A stretch of 64,000 bases of DNA, from the NCBI GenBank assembly GCA_963822445.1, contig CAWGHO010000003.1, forward strand, positions 1,344,001 through 1,408,000, written 5' to 3'. This document shows positions 40,818 through 49,989 of this stretch, piece by piece; within the stretch, counting starts at the first letter, position 1, and each line of letters opens with the position of its first letter. The notes under the pieces are model-generated. The model was given only the letters and a program-made list of their open reading frames with translations. It was not told the DNA's origin and did no database searches. The translations under genes and the position numbers were made by a program. The stretch comes from an uncultured Acidobacteriota bacterium (GTDB lineage Bacteria; Acidobacteriota; Thermoanaerobaculia; Gp7-AA8).

Positions 40818-43232
40818 CTACCGCGTGCTGCGCCGTTTCGGACCTAGCGGCACCAGCTCCGCCCGCCACACCCCCCGCCCGTGCGTGAACGCGTAGACCG
40901 CGGGGCCGCGAGAGCCGTTCGCGACCAGCACGGTCTCCGTGACCGCCGGTGCGAAGCCGGTGTTCTCGACGGCCCAGGTCAGGCCGGCGTCGAGGGAGAC
41001 GAAGACGCCGAGGTCGGTGCCGAGGTAGAGGCGCTCGCGGCGAGTTGGATCGACGGCCAGCGAATGCACGGGCATGTCCGGCAGATTGCCGCTGCGCGGA
41101 GACCAGGTCTTGCCGCCGTCGATCGAGCGCCAGACGTGATCGCCGCCGAATCCCGCGTACGTCGCGTAGACCACGTTCGCGTCGACCGGATCGAACGTTA
41201 CCGACGTCACGAATCCAGCGCGCGGCAGGGTCGAGCTCCATTGCGAGTCGATGGTGGTTGTCGTCGCTACGTCGGAGCGGACGATGTGGCCGGTGTGCGT
41301 GCCGACGACGACCCGGTCCGACATCCCCGGTGCCACGGCCAGGGCGGAAACGCGCCCGGGCAGCATCGCGCTGGCCCGCTTCCAGAGCATCGCGCTGTTG
41401 TCCGTCCGCCACATCGACAAGCCGCCGGTCCAGAGCCGTTCGCGCTTGTTCGGATCGAGGATGAACACCGTTACGAAGAGGAAGGAGTCGCTCAGGCCCG
41501 TCGTCGCCGGGCGGAAATCGATCACGCCGGGGCCGCTCTTCAGAATGTTGCCCACCTGGCTCGACGCGTAAATGATCGTCTCGTCGACCGGATCGATCGC
41601 GACGTAGCAACCGTCGCCGCCGGCGATGCGCTGCCAGCCGTCGATGCCGTCGGTGGTGTTGCCCATGATCGTGCCGTTGTCCTGCGTGCCGCCGAGGAAG
41701 CGGCGGCCATCGCTGAAAACGGCACCGTGGTAGAACTGGGTCACGCCGTAGTTGCGATTCAGAGGCTCGAACACCAGCGAGGAGAGCTTCGGATCGCACA
41801 CCGCGCGATCGCCGGACGCGGTTGCAGCTCGCGCGTTGTTGGTGCGGAAGACCCCGCCGTCGTTGGCGACGAACATCGTCGCGTTTCCCACGCCGTCGTA
41901 TTGGGGATGGAACACGATCCGATGCTGGTCCGCGTGTACGAACGCCTTCTCGCTCTCCTCGGTCCACCAGTACGTCGCCGGACCCCAGGTTTGTCCGCCG
42001 TCATCGGAGCGGAAGAGATCGACGCCGCCGGCCCAGACCCGGTTCGGATCTTTCGGATCGACGGCGATGACGTTGCAATACCAGCCCATGTTGATGAACT
42101 GGTCCTTCGAGCTGACGCCGTTGCACTTGCGCAGCTGTCCGTAGATGGGATTGGCGAGGATGAGCGTCGCCGCATCCTGGTTGCCGGCGTCGTTCGTCAA
42201 CACCGGCTTCCACGATCCCGGCGCACCGGCTTCGTCGGAGCGAAAGACGCCGAGGAGGCCCTGCTGGTAGCTGCCGGTCTCGTTGCTTGCCGAAAGTGCG
42301 TAGATGACCGACTGATTCGAAGGAGCGACGGCCAGCGACGTGCGGCCCATGTTCGTTTCCGAAAGAACGCCGGTCCATGCATCGTCGCTGTTCGCGTTCG
42401 TGGTCCGGTAAACCGTCGCCTGTTCGAACGTGCCGCAGGACGCGAACAGGAAGTCGTCGCTGGTGTCGGTGCGCAACGCGAGATCGAGACAGCCGCCCAT
42501 CACCGTCGTGGTGACGACGCGCGTCCACGTTGCGCCGGCGTCGCGTGAGCGCCACACGCCGGTGCGCGTGGCCGCGTAGAGACGTGAGGAGTCATGCGGG
42601 CTGATGACGACGTCGTTCACCCAATGGAAGTTGTCGTTCGCCGTGGAGAGGAGCTGGCTCCAGGTCTCGCCGGCATCGCGCGTGACGTAGATGCCGTAGC
42701 CGCGCAGCGGCAGTCCGGTGCCGCGCACTTCTTCGCGGTAGTAACCCTCTCCGGTGCCGGCGTAGATGGTCTTGCGATCTTTGGGATCCATGACCAGCAC
42801 GTTCACCGCGAGATTGGTCAGCTCATCGCCGATCGCCCGCCAGCCTTCGCCGCCGGTCTCGCTCTTCCAGACGCCGCCGGAGACACCCGCGGCGTAAGCG
42901 AACCGCGGCTCGACCGGATCGAAGACCAGGGCGCGGGTTCGTCCGCCGATGTTGCCCGGTCCGAGGGGGACCCAGCGATCGAACGGGCGGCCGTCATCGA
43001 AGTCGTTCGACCCGATCCGTCCGCCGGCCAGGCGATCGCTGGCCGTCGAGTAGCGGGGCATGCGCTTCATCGCTTCGCGGGCGACGGCGTAGTCGCGATG
43101 GGGATCGTCGCTGCCCGCCCGGAGCATGGCGTGATACTCCGCGGCTGCGCCCGGCTCGTCGTTGCGCAACGGCGCGACAGACGAGCTACAGGCAAGGGTC
43201 AGAAGAATGAGGGGAAGTAGGAGCCGGGGCAT
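40818..43232 (-). CDS. Secreted BNR/Asp-box beta-propeller protein (YCF48/VPS10-like, possible glycosyl hydrolase)
   Basis: Lipobox 'LACS', 'GPGNIGGRTRAL', many S/TxDxGxTW Asp-boxes, 'GGTQDNG', 'THGRGVW'. Confidence 0.88.
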   Translation of the reverse strand: MPRLLLPLILLTLACSSSVAPLRNDEPGAAAEYHAMLRAGSDDPHRDYAVAREAMKRMPRYSTASDRLAGGRIGSNDFDDGRPFDRWVPLGPGNIGGRTRALVFDPVEPRFAYAAGVSGGVWKSETGGEGWRAIGDELTNLAVNVLVMDPKDRKTIYAGTGEGYYREEVRGTGLPLRGYGIYVTRDAGETWSQLLSTANDNFHWVNDVVISPHDSSRLYAATRTGVWRSRDAGATWTRVVTTTVMGGCLDLALRTDTSDDFLFASCGTFEQATVYRTTNANSDDAWTGVLSETNMGRTSLAVAPSNQSVIYALSASNETGSYQQGLLGVFRSDEAGAPGSWKPVLTNDAGNQDAATLILANPIYGQLRKCNGVSSKDQFINMGWYCNVIAVDPKDPNRVWAGGVDLFRSDDGGQTWGPATYWWTEESEKAFVHADQHRIVFHPQYDGVGNATMFVANDGGVFRTNNARAATASGDRAVCDPKLSSLVFEPLNRNYGVTQFYHGAVFSDGRRFLGGTQDNGTIMGNTTDGIDGWQRIAGGDGCYVAIDPVDETIIYASSQVGNILKSGPGVIDFRPATTGLSDSFLFVTVFILDPNKRERLWTGGLSMWRTDNSAMLWKRASAMLPGRVSALAVAPGMSDRVVVGTHTGHIVRSDVATTTTIDSQWSSTLPRAGFVTSVTFDPVDANVVYATYAGFGGDHVWRSIDGGKTWSPRSGNLPDMPVHSLAVDPTRRERLYLGTDLGVFVSLDAGLTWAVENTGFAPAVTETVLVANGSRGPAVYAFTHGRGVWRAELVPLGPKRRSTR

Positions 43233-43270
43233 GTTGGGTAATCTTACGGTTCGGATGAGGAGGGAAGCTG

Positions 43271-43489
43271 ATGCAACTCGGTAAAGATTCCTGCGCCTGC
43301 GGTCACGCGCTCGATCACCACGACGGCGGACGGGGCGGACCGTGCACTTACTGCGCATGCGCCGCGGGCGAGCCTCCCACGGCGTTTCAGGTGGGGATGA
43401 TCCACTCGCTGCACGAGATCACCCTGACGCTGGTGAGGCTGGTGAAGGAGATTCAGGGGCAGCGCGGCGGGACTCCGCCGGCGCAGTGA
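43271..43489 (+). CDS. Small Cys/His-rich putative zinc-binding protein
   Basis: CxCGHxxxH-x7-CxxCxC motif followed by an amphipathic helix; purine-rich RBS. Confidence 0.6.
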   Translation: MQLGKDSCACGHALDHHDGGRGGPCTYCACAAGEPPTAFQVGMIHSLHEITLTLVRLVKEIQGQRGGTPPAQ

Positions 43490-43542
43490 CGAGGTATGAG
43501 GTACGAGGTACGAGTGTTTTTAACTCGTACCTCGTACCTCGT
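43489..43542. repeat. Inverted tandem-heptamer hairpin (ACGAGGT)n / (ACCTCGT)n
   Basis: Read directly; lies between convergent stop codons. Confidence 0.8.
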
Positions 43543-43549
43543 TGCTCGC

Positions 43550-45661
43550 TTACTTCTTCACAAACGCGTCAGGCTCGACGGCCGGATTGATCTCCACATT
43601 CGTGATCTTGAACGAGCCGCTCTGTTTTCCGCCGCGGAACTGCGTGGCGCTGGAGGCGATGGTGATCGGGCCGAACTTCGTCCACTCGTGGTAGTCCGTC
43701 ACGATCTCGCCGCCCTGCGGTCCCGCGACCGTGCGGGTGCTGCGGAGGATGCGCCCGTTCGAGGGATCGACGACCCAGCGGACGGAGCCGCTGCCCGGTG
43801 AGATATCGAGCACGCGGCCGGTCACGTCGCCAACCTTTTCCGTTCCACCGGCGCTGAAGACGTACTTCGGATCGTCGGCGTTCTTCAGGATGTGAATCAC
43901 GTCGGAGCGGATGTCGGCCGCGGCCGCGTCACGCTGCGAGCTCGGCAGGTCCTGCGTTCCCATCGGCGTGATGACGAAGGCCGCGTCGGCCGTGATGACC
44001 GAGGTCATCGTGCCCATGGGAAGCTTCATCTCCTGGCGGATGGAAAACGGATACTGCACGAGCGTCGAGTTCTCGGCCTGCATCTCGCCCTGCGGCGTGA
44101 TCATGGTGCGGGCGGACGTCACGCGGATCGCCTTGATGCCGTCGATCATGGCCTTGCCACCCATCGCGTCCATGACCTTGTTCAGCAGCGCTTTGCCTTC
44201 AGCGTTGCTTCCAGCCGGAACCGCGGCCTTCGCAGCCCCGGCATTCGCCTCGGGGATGGTGATGTCGATCGTCGTCACCGGGCCGAGCGTCGAGAGCGGC
44301 TTCTCGAATTTCTTCTCGTTGCCGACGACGAGCACCGCGAGCTGGTTCGGGTTCACGTACTTTTTCGCGACGCGCTGCACATCGTCCGCCGTGACCTTCT
44401 CGATCTGCGACGGGTACTTCACGAAGTAATCGGAAGGGAAGCCGTACAGCTCGAGCAGCACCTGCTGATTGAGGGCCTTGCCGCGCGTGTCCATGGTGAA
44501 GACGTACGCGTTGAGGATCGACTCCTTCGCCAGCGACAGCTCCTCGGCAGTGACCGGCGCGGTGATCAGCTTGTTGGCTTCATCCTTCAGCGCCTGGATC
44601 GATTCGAGCGTCGTTTCGCTCTTCGTGGCCATCTGCATGCGGAACAGGCCGGGGTAATCCCAGTTCGCGCCGACGCCGCCGCCCACGCCGTAGGTCAGGC
44701 CGCGCGCGGAGCGGAGGCTCTGCATCAGCCGGCCGGAGAAACCGCCGCCGAAGATCTCGTTCATGACCACCAGCGGGTAGTAGTCGGGGTTTTCGCGGGT
44801 CGTGCCGCCGTGAACCATGGCGATGTTGCCCTGGGTCACATCTTCCTTGTTGATGTAGTAGATGCCCGGCTTGGCCGTCGCCAGCGGGGCATTCGGCTTG
44901 GTGATCTGCGGACCCTTCGTCCAGGCGCCGAACGTGTCGCGGAGGCGCTTCTCCATCTTCGCGGCGTCGAAATCGCCGATGAACGAAATGATGATGTTGT
45001 TCGGATGAACGGTCTTGCGGTGGAACGCGATCAGGTCATCGCGGGTGATCGACGCGATCGTCGCGTACTCGGCCTGTTGCGCGTATGGCGAACTGGCGCC
45101 GTAGCCGAGCTTCGTCGACTCGCGTCCCAGGATGCCGCCCGGCTCGTCGTTGCGGCGGGAGATGCCGGTGTTCGCCTGCGTCTTGGCGAGGTCGATCTTC
45201 TCCTGGCGGAACGCGGGGTTGCGCAGGACGTCGACCCAGATCGGATAGACCGTGTCCAGATCGCCTTTGAGGATGTCCATCGACACGGAGGTGATGTCGA
45301 CGCCGCCGCCGGTCTCGACGCGCGCCGCGCGAGCCTCGAGCATCTCGTCGAGCTCATCGCCGGTCTTGGCAGCCGTGCCGCCGGTTCTCCAGGCGGAGGT
45401 GTAGATGCCGAGGAGGCCGGCCTTGTCGGACGGGACGTCGCGCGAGCCGCCGCGAATCGTGGCCGTGCCGCGGATCAGAGGCAGCTCTTTGTCTTCCTGA
45501 AGAAAGATGACCAACCCGTTCGGAAGCGCGATGCGCTTCGGCTGGGGGATGGAGAAGCTGCGCATCGGCGGGGTCTTGATGTCCTTCACGCTCGTGACCT
45601 GTCCCAGCGCCGCGCCGGTGGTCATGAGAACCGCGAGAGTCGTCGTAGCAAAGCGTTTCAT
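43550..45661 (-). CDS. M16 peptidase, non-catalytic subunit with C-terminal extension
   Basis: 'LPNGL', 'GGGFSGRLMQSLRSARGLTYG'; lacks HxxEH; signal peptide. Confidence 0.85.
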   Translation of the reverse strand: MKRFATTTLAVLMTTGAALGQVTSVKDIKTPPMRSFSIPQPKRIALPNGLVIFLQEDKELPLIRGTATIRGGSRDVPSDKAGLLGIYTSAWRTGGTAAKTGDELDEMLEARAARVETGGGVDITSVSMDILKGDLDTVYPIWVDVLRNPAFRQEKIDLAKTQANTGISRRNDEPGGILGRESTKLGYGASSPYAQQAEYATIASITRDDLIAFHRKTVHPNNIIISFIGDFDAAKMEKRLRDTFGAWTKGPQITKPNAPLATAKPGIYYINKEDVTQGNIAMVHGGTTRENPDYYPLVVMNEIFGGGFSGRLMQSLRSARGLTYGVGGGVGANWDYPGLFRMQMATKSETTLESIQALKDEANKLITAPVTAEELSLAKESILNAYVFTMDTRGKALNQQVLLELYGFPSDYFVKYPSQIEKVTADDVQRVAKKYVNPNQLAVLVVGNEKKFEKPLSTLGPVTTIDITIPEANAGAAKAAVPAGSNAEGKALLNKVMDAMGGKAMIDGIKAIRVTSARTMITPQGEMQAENSTLVQYPFSIRQEMKLPMGTMTSVITADAAFVITPMGTQDLPSSQRDAAAADIRSDVIHILKNADDPKYVFSAGGTEKVGDVTGRVLDISPGSGSVRWVVDPSNGRILRSTRTVAGPQGGEIVTDYHEWTKFGPITIASSATQFRGGKQSGSFKITNVEINPAVEPDAFVKK

Positions 45662-45672
45662 TTCGCACCTGA

Positions 45673-47196
45673 TCATTTGGCACCACCCTTCGGTGCCGCG
45701 TCGGCCCGTTCGATGCGGCCGATGGTCCGGTTGTTCGGGGTGAACGTCGCGTTGGCGACGCGACGGATGTCCGCCGCGGTCACTTTGTCGATCGCGTCGA
45801 CTTCGCGGAACAGCTCGCGCCAGTCGCCGTACAGGGTCTGATAGCTGGCGAGCTGCGTCGCCAGACCGGAGTTGCTGTCGAGGCGGCGGATCAGCCCGGC
45901 CTTGACGCGTGCTTTCACCGAGGCCAGTTCGTCGGCGGGAACGTCTTCATTCTTGAGCCGCTCCAGCTCCGCGTGGATGGCTTCCGCCGATTCATCGTTC
46001 GTGTGTCCCGGCGTGGGGACGGCCAGCAATGCGAAGAGGTTCGGGTACTTCTCGCCGGGGAAACCGTTGAAGCCCGACGCCTGCGCGGCGATCTTCTTGT
46101 CGCGAACGAGGAGCTTGTACAGCCGCGACGTGCGGCCGCTGGAGAGCAGCATGGCGATCACGTCGTAGGTAGCGCTGTCGGCGTGAAGGGCGGAAGGGCG
46201 ATGGTAGCCCTCGAGATAGATCGGCTGGGCGGTCTCGCGAAGGGTGACCGAGCGCTCGCCGCGCTGCGGCGGCTCGACGACGGCCAGCACTTCCGGCTGG
46301 GGAGCCTTGGGCAGACGTCCGAAGTACTTGTCGATCACCGGCCAGGCCTCGGCCGGATTCACGTCGCCGACGATGGCGATGACCATGTTCGACGGCACGT
46401 AGTACTTCGTGAAGAACTCATCCGCGTCCTGCGCGGAGAAGCTGGAGAGATCCGAAGGCCAGCCCACCGTGGCGAAGCCGTAGGGATGGGCGATGAACGC
46501 GGTGCCGAGGAACTCCTCGATGAGGCGGCCGACCGGGCTGCTCTCGGTGCGCATCCGGCGCTCTTCCGTCACCACGTCGCGTTCCTTGTAGAACTCGCGG
46601 AAGACCGGCTGGCGGAAGCGCTCCGACTCGACGAAGGCCCAGAGCTCGAAGCGGTTCGAGGGGAGGGAGAAGAAGTAGCCGGTCACGTCGGAGCTGGTGA
46701 AGGCGTTCATGCCCACGCCGCCGGCGCGGTCGATGATCGTGGAGAACTCGTTGTTGACCACGAACTTGTCCGCCGCGGCGATGCTGTCCTTCCAGGCCTT
46801 TTCGAGCTCGGCGATCTTCTTCTCGTCGCGGCCCGTCTCGGCGCGGCGCGCGGCGTCGTAGGCGGAGTAGGCCTCTTCGACGCGCTTGAGGGCGGCCTGC
46901 TCGGCGGGCCAGTCGGTCGTGCCGAGGCGGTCCGAGCCCTTGAAGGCCATGTGCTCGAACATGTGGGCGAGGCCGGTGATCCCGGGGGTTTCCTGGGCGG
47001 AACCGGCGTTGATGAATGTCGCGTACGAGAAGACGGGGGCGTCGTGGCGCTCGGTGATGATCACCGTGAGCCCGTTGGCGAGCTTGCGCATCGACGTCCG
47101 CTTCTCGAACGAGGCCAGGTCCTGCGCACTGATCGTGGCCGCGAAGGTCACGAGGATGAGGGCGAGGACAGGCAGTCTGAGGCGAGGTGCTCTCAT
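45673..47196 (-). CDS. M16 zinc peptidase, catalytic subunit
   Basis: 'GLAHMFEHMAFKG', 'NAFTS', 'ERDVVTEERRMR'; signal peptide. Confidence 0.92.
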   Translation of the reverse strand: MRAPRLRLPVLALILVTFAATISAQDLASFEKRTSMRKLANGLTVIITERHDAPVFSYATFINAGSAQETPGITGLAHMFEHMAFKGSDRLGTTDWPAEQAALKRVEEAYSAYDAARRAETGRDEKKIAELEKAWKDSIAAADKFVVNNEFSTIIDRAGGVGMNAFTSSDVTGYFFSLPSNRFELWAFVESERFRQPVFREFYKERDVVTEERRMRTESSPVGRLIEEFLGTAFIAHPYGFATVGWPSDLSSFSAQDADEFFTKYYVPSNMVIAIVGDVNPAEAWPVIDKYFGRLPKAPQPEVLAVVEPPQRGERSVTLRETAQPIYLEGYHRPSALHADSATYDVIAMLLSSGRTSRLYKLLVRDKKIAAQASGFNGFPGEKYPNLFALLAVPTPGHTNDESAEAIHAELERLKNEDVPADELASVKARVKAGLIRRLDSNSGLATQLASYQTLYGDWRELFREVDAIDKVTAADIRRVANATFTPNNRTIGRIERADAAPKGGAK

Positions 47197-47260
47197 GGAC
47201 TTCCTCCTGTTTAAGTGGTTGGTACTGCTTGAATGCGCGAATGGCGCGGGGCGGTATTGT

Positions 47261-47455
47261 ATGTCGCCGAGAGTACGGAGGTGGAAAGTGGGGAAACGAG
47301 CTCTTCTGGTTCTGGCGATCATCGCGGTAATCCTCTGGATCGTCCAGAAAACGCCGATGGCCTTCCTCCCCGAGGACGGCATGGACTTCGTCGGCGGCGC
47401 GGCCATCGGACTCTGGATCGGGGTGGTGGTGAACTGGTTCGCGGGTCGGGAGTAG
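47261..47455 (+). CDS. Small two-TM membrane protein
   Basis: Basic N-terminus and two hydrophobic helices. Confidence 0.55.
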   Translation: MSPRVRRWKVGKRALLVLAIIAVILWIVQKTPMAFLPEDGMDFVGGAAIGLWIGVVVNWFAGRE

Positions 47456-47466
47456 GGGCGTCCGAC

Positions 47467-47501
47467 TCTGGACTGCGGCGGCTGTGCCACCGCAGTCCAG
47501 A
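47467..47501. repeat. Short REP-like hairpin (TCTGGACTGCGG family)
   Basis: Internally deleted version of the 40726 and 58430 elements. Confidence 0.75.
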
Positions 47502-47561
47502 AATGACGTAACCATTCGCACGCCGCCCGAGTCGTAAGACAAAAATCTGCGAGGTGTCTGA

Positions 47562-48134
47562 ATGCGCCGTCTAGCCGTGCTGGTGTGTCTCGTGGTCGCG
47601 ATGCCGCTCGTTTCCCAGGAGCGGGAGCGTCGCATCCAAAGGTTCCCTCCGGACTGGGGCGTCGCTCTGCCGCAGTACGAAAAGCGGGTGCAGATGCTCA
47701 CTGCGGGCATCAAGCGCGACGCCTTCATCATCAGCCGGGTCACCCTGGCCGTCGGCGATCTGTCCGACGACTTTCAAAAGCTGTCCGCGATTCAGAAAGC
47801 ATTCGACCGAATCGAGGAAGCCACACTGCGCGCCGGACAGGACCCGCAGGCGAGCATGCGAACGCTGACCGCACTCAAGAAAATGACGGACAAGCTCGAC
47901 GACGGCCGCCGCCAGGGCACGATGGCCGACCTGGCCGATCTGCAACGATTCATCTCCCACCAGGGGTCGGGCATCCAGCGCGAGCTGTTCCAGCAACTCT
48001 CCGATGCCCGCGGCGAACGGCAGAACCTGGTCGACCTCCTCAACCGCGTGCAGATCATGAACGCCGATCTGGAAGCGGCGATGGTCGAAGCACTCGGATC
48101 CACCTTTGATTACATGGCCTCGGGAGGGAAGTGA
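47562..48134 (+). CDS. Secreted alpha-helical hypothetical protein
   Basis: Signal peptide, GAGGTG RBS, coiled-coil character. Confidence 0.7.
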   Translation: MRRLAVLVCLVVAMPLVSQERERRIQRFPPDWGVALPQYEKRVQMLTAGIKRDAFIISRVTLAVGDLSDDFQKLSAIQKAFDRIEEATLRAGQDPQASMRTLTALKKMTDKLDDGRRQGTMADLADLQRFISHQGSGIQRELFQQLSDARGERQNLVDLLNRVQIMNADLEAAMVEALGSTFDYMASGGK

Positions 48135-48191
48135 GAGCAGGCATCCTTGACGCCTCGCACGGCCGAACATATCTTACGGCAAGGAGGCGTT

Positions 48192-48539
48192 ATGGAAATC
48201 AGCCGAACGCGAGTATTGGCCGCAGCACTTTGCGCGATCCTCATGGCCCTGCCGACCAGTGCCGGCCCATGTAACCTGGAGACCGTCGACTACCAGTATT
48301 ACGACGGATGCACGAATCCCACGCTCATCGGGAACAATGGAGTCGGCTGCGACAAGGTTCCGTACTCTTATGGGACGAGCAGCGGCGCCGAGTGGCGCAT
48401 CATCGAACGATATGACTGTGAGCAAATCTGGCCGTGCGACGAGATTACGGAGAGCTTTACGATCGAATATCAGGCGTGGTGTGGCTCGAGCTGGGTGACG
48501 GTATCGGCCGAGGACTTCGGTACGGGATGCGCCTGCTAG
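48192..48539 (+). CDS. Small secreted Cys-rich protein (DUF6289-like pattern)
   Basis: AAGGAGG RBS, signal peptide, 'YYDGCTNPTLIG...C...YGTS', 8 Cys in the mature part. Confidence 0.65.
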   Translation: MEISRTRVLAAALCAILMALPTSAGPCNLETVDYQYYDGCTNPTLIGNNGVGCDKVPYSYGTSSGAEWRIIERYDCEQIWPCDEITESFTIEYQAWCGSSWVTVSAEDFGTGCAC

Positions 48540-48620
48540 CCGAACCCTCCGATTTCTGGCATTCCGGCAACTGACGCCGGCGCCATGTGGCCCGTGGGGG
48601 TAAGATTCCTCCACATCCTC

Positions 48621-49505
48621 ATGAAGAACAGGGTCGTCATCGCGCTCGCGATTCTGCTCGTCTGCATGCCCTCCGCGATGCTGGCGCAGGAAGAGGAGCC
48701 GCCGGCCCCGCGCGAGTTCTCGCTGATCGGCGGACTGTTCGCGTACGGATTCCTGCTGCAGATCGCGGCACTGATTCACTGGTCGCGCAAGCGGCCGGCC
48801 ATGTTCTGGATCTGGATCATCATCATCGGCGGATTCATCGGTGCGCTCGCTTATTTTCTGATTGAGGGCATGCCGGATTTTCAGAGCATCGGGCGGAGGC
48901 TGCAGGGGCCCGGGAGGCGGAGGAGAATCCGGATGCTCCGGGCCCTGGTGCTCGACAATCCGTCGGCCGGAAACTTCGAAGAGCTGGGCGAATTGCTCCT
49001 GCTCGAGAAGCGCTACGGGGAAGCGCGGGACGCGTACGACCGCGCGCTGGCGGTGCGAACCGATTCGATCGACCCGTTCTACCGCCGCGCACAGGCACTC
49101 TTCCAGCTTCGCGACTACGAGGCGGCCGCGCGAGATCTCAGGCACGTCACAACTGTCGATCCGAGATACGACTATTCCGGCGCGTTCTGTCTGTACGCAC
49201 GAACGCTTGGTCTGATGAACAGGACGGCCGAGGCATTGGCGGCCTTCGATGAGCTCATCGAGCGCTCCCACTCAGCCGAGACACTGTACGAGGCGGCGAA
49301 GTTCTACGCCGACAACGGCCGTGAGCCGGCCGCACGCGAGATCGTGGAGCGCATCGTGGCCCGCGAGATGACCATGCCTCTCTATCAGAAGCGCCGCGAC
49401 CGTGTCTGGTTGCGAAAGGCAAAAGCCCTCGGCCGTAAATTGCGTAAGAGCGCCGCTGCTGCCGAGGCATCCGGCGTTCGCGACCGTCGGCTCTCGTCCG
49501 GCTGA
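48621..49505 (+). CDS. Membrane-anchored tetratricopeptide repeat protein
   Basis: N-terminal TMs 'WIWIIIIGGFIGALAY' followed by TPR-like helices. Confidence 0.8.
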   Translation: MKNRVVIALAILLVCMPSAMLAQEEEPPAPREFSLIGGLFAYGFLLQIAALIHWSRKRPAMFWIWIIIIGGFIGALAYFLIEGMPDFQSIGRRLQGPGRRRRIRMLRALVLDNPSAGNFEELGELLLLEKRYGEARDAYDRALAVRTDSIDPFYRRAQALFQLRDYEAAARDLRHVTTVDPRYDYSGAFCLYARTLGLMNRTAEALAAFDELIERSHSAETLYEAAKFYADNGREPAAREIVERIVAREMTMPLYQKRRDRVWLRKAKALGRKLRKSAAAAEASGVRDRRLSSG

Positions 49506-49507
49506 CG

Positions 49508-49918
49508 TTACGCGTGACGAAACCAGCGATTCGAGTCCGGACGAAACACGAAGAACAGCCCTGCCGCGTTTAGGACCATCTGGAGCAGCGAAAGCGTGGC
49601 ACGGGCGGGGTCGACGACGATTTCAGCGCGCACGATGGGAATCGAAACCAGCAGGCCCACCGCCATCAAAACCGCGAACATGATTCGACCCCAGTTCTTG
49701 CCGGTGATGATCGAGGACAGGAATCCGACGGTCATGACGGTACCGAGCGCGAGCGAGACCGGCGAAGAGAGCCCTTCCGATGGAACCGACGTCACGCCGG
49801 CGCGCTGCAGCGCGAATTCGACGATTCGGATGATGAGGGCCGCGGCGAACAAGGCCACCGCAACCTTGACGTCCCGGGGTGCGCCTGGAGATGCCACTAC
49901 GGAGGTCGAAGCAGACAT
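49508..49918 (-). CDS. Hypothetical four-TM membrane protein
   Basis: 'GKNWGRI', 'FRPDSNRWF'; AAGGAG RBS. Confidence 0.7.
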   Translation of the reverse strand: MSASTSVVASPGAPRDVKVAVALFAAALIIRIVEFALQRAGVTSVPSEGLSSPVSLALGTVMTVGFLSSIITGKNWGRIMFAVLMAVGLLVSIPIVRAEIVVDPARATLSLLQMVLNAAGLFFVFRPDSNRWFRHA

Positions 49919-49989
49919 ACACGCTCCTTTCAGTCTTTGAACGAAGCGCCCGCAGTGAGGTTTCAGCGGAAGCCGCCGCCGATGACCAG

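Noticed and set aside
43550-47196. M16 subunit lacking HxxEH as a novelty
   Set aside because: Catalytic plus non-catalytic M16B pairs are well known
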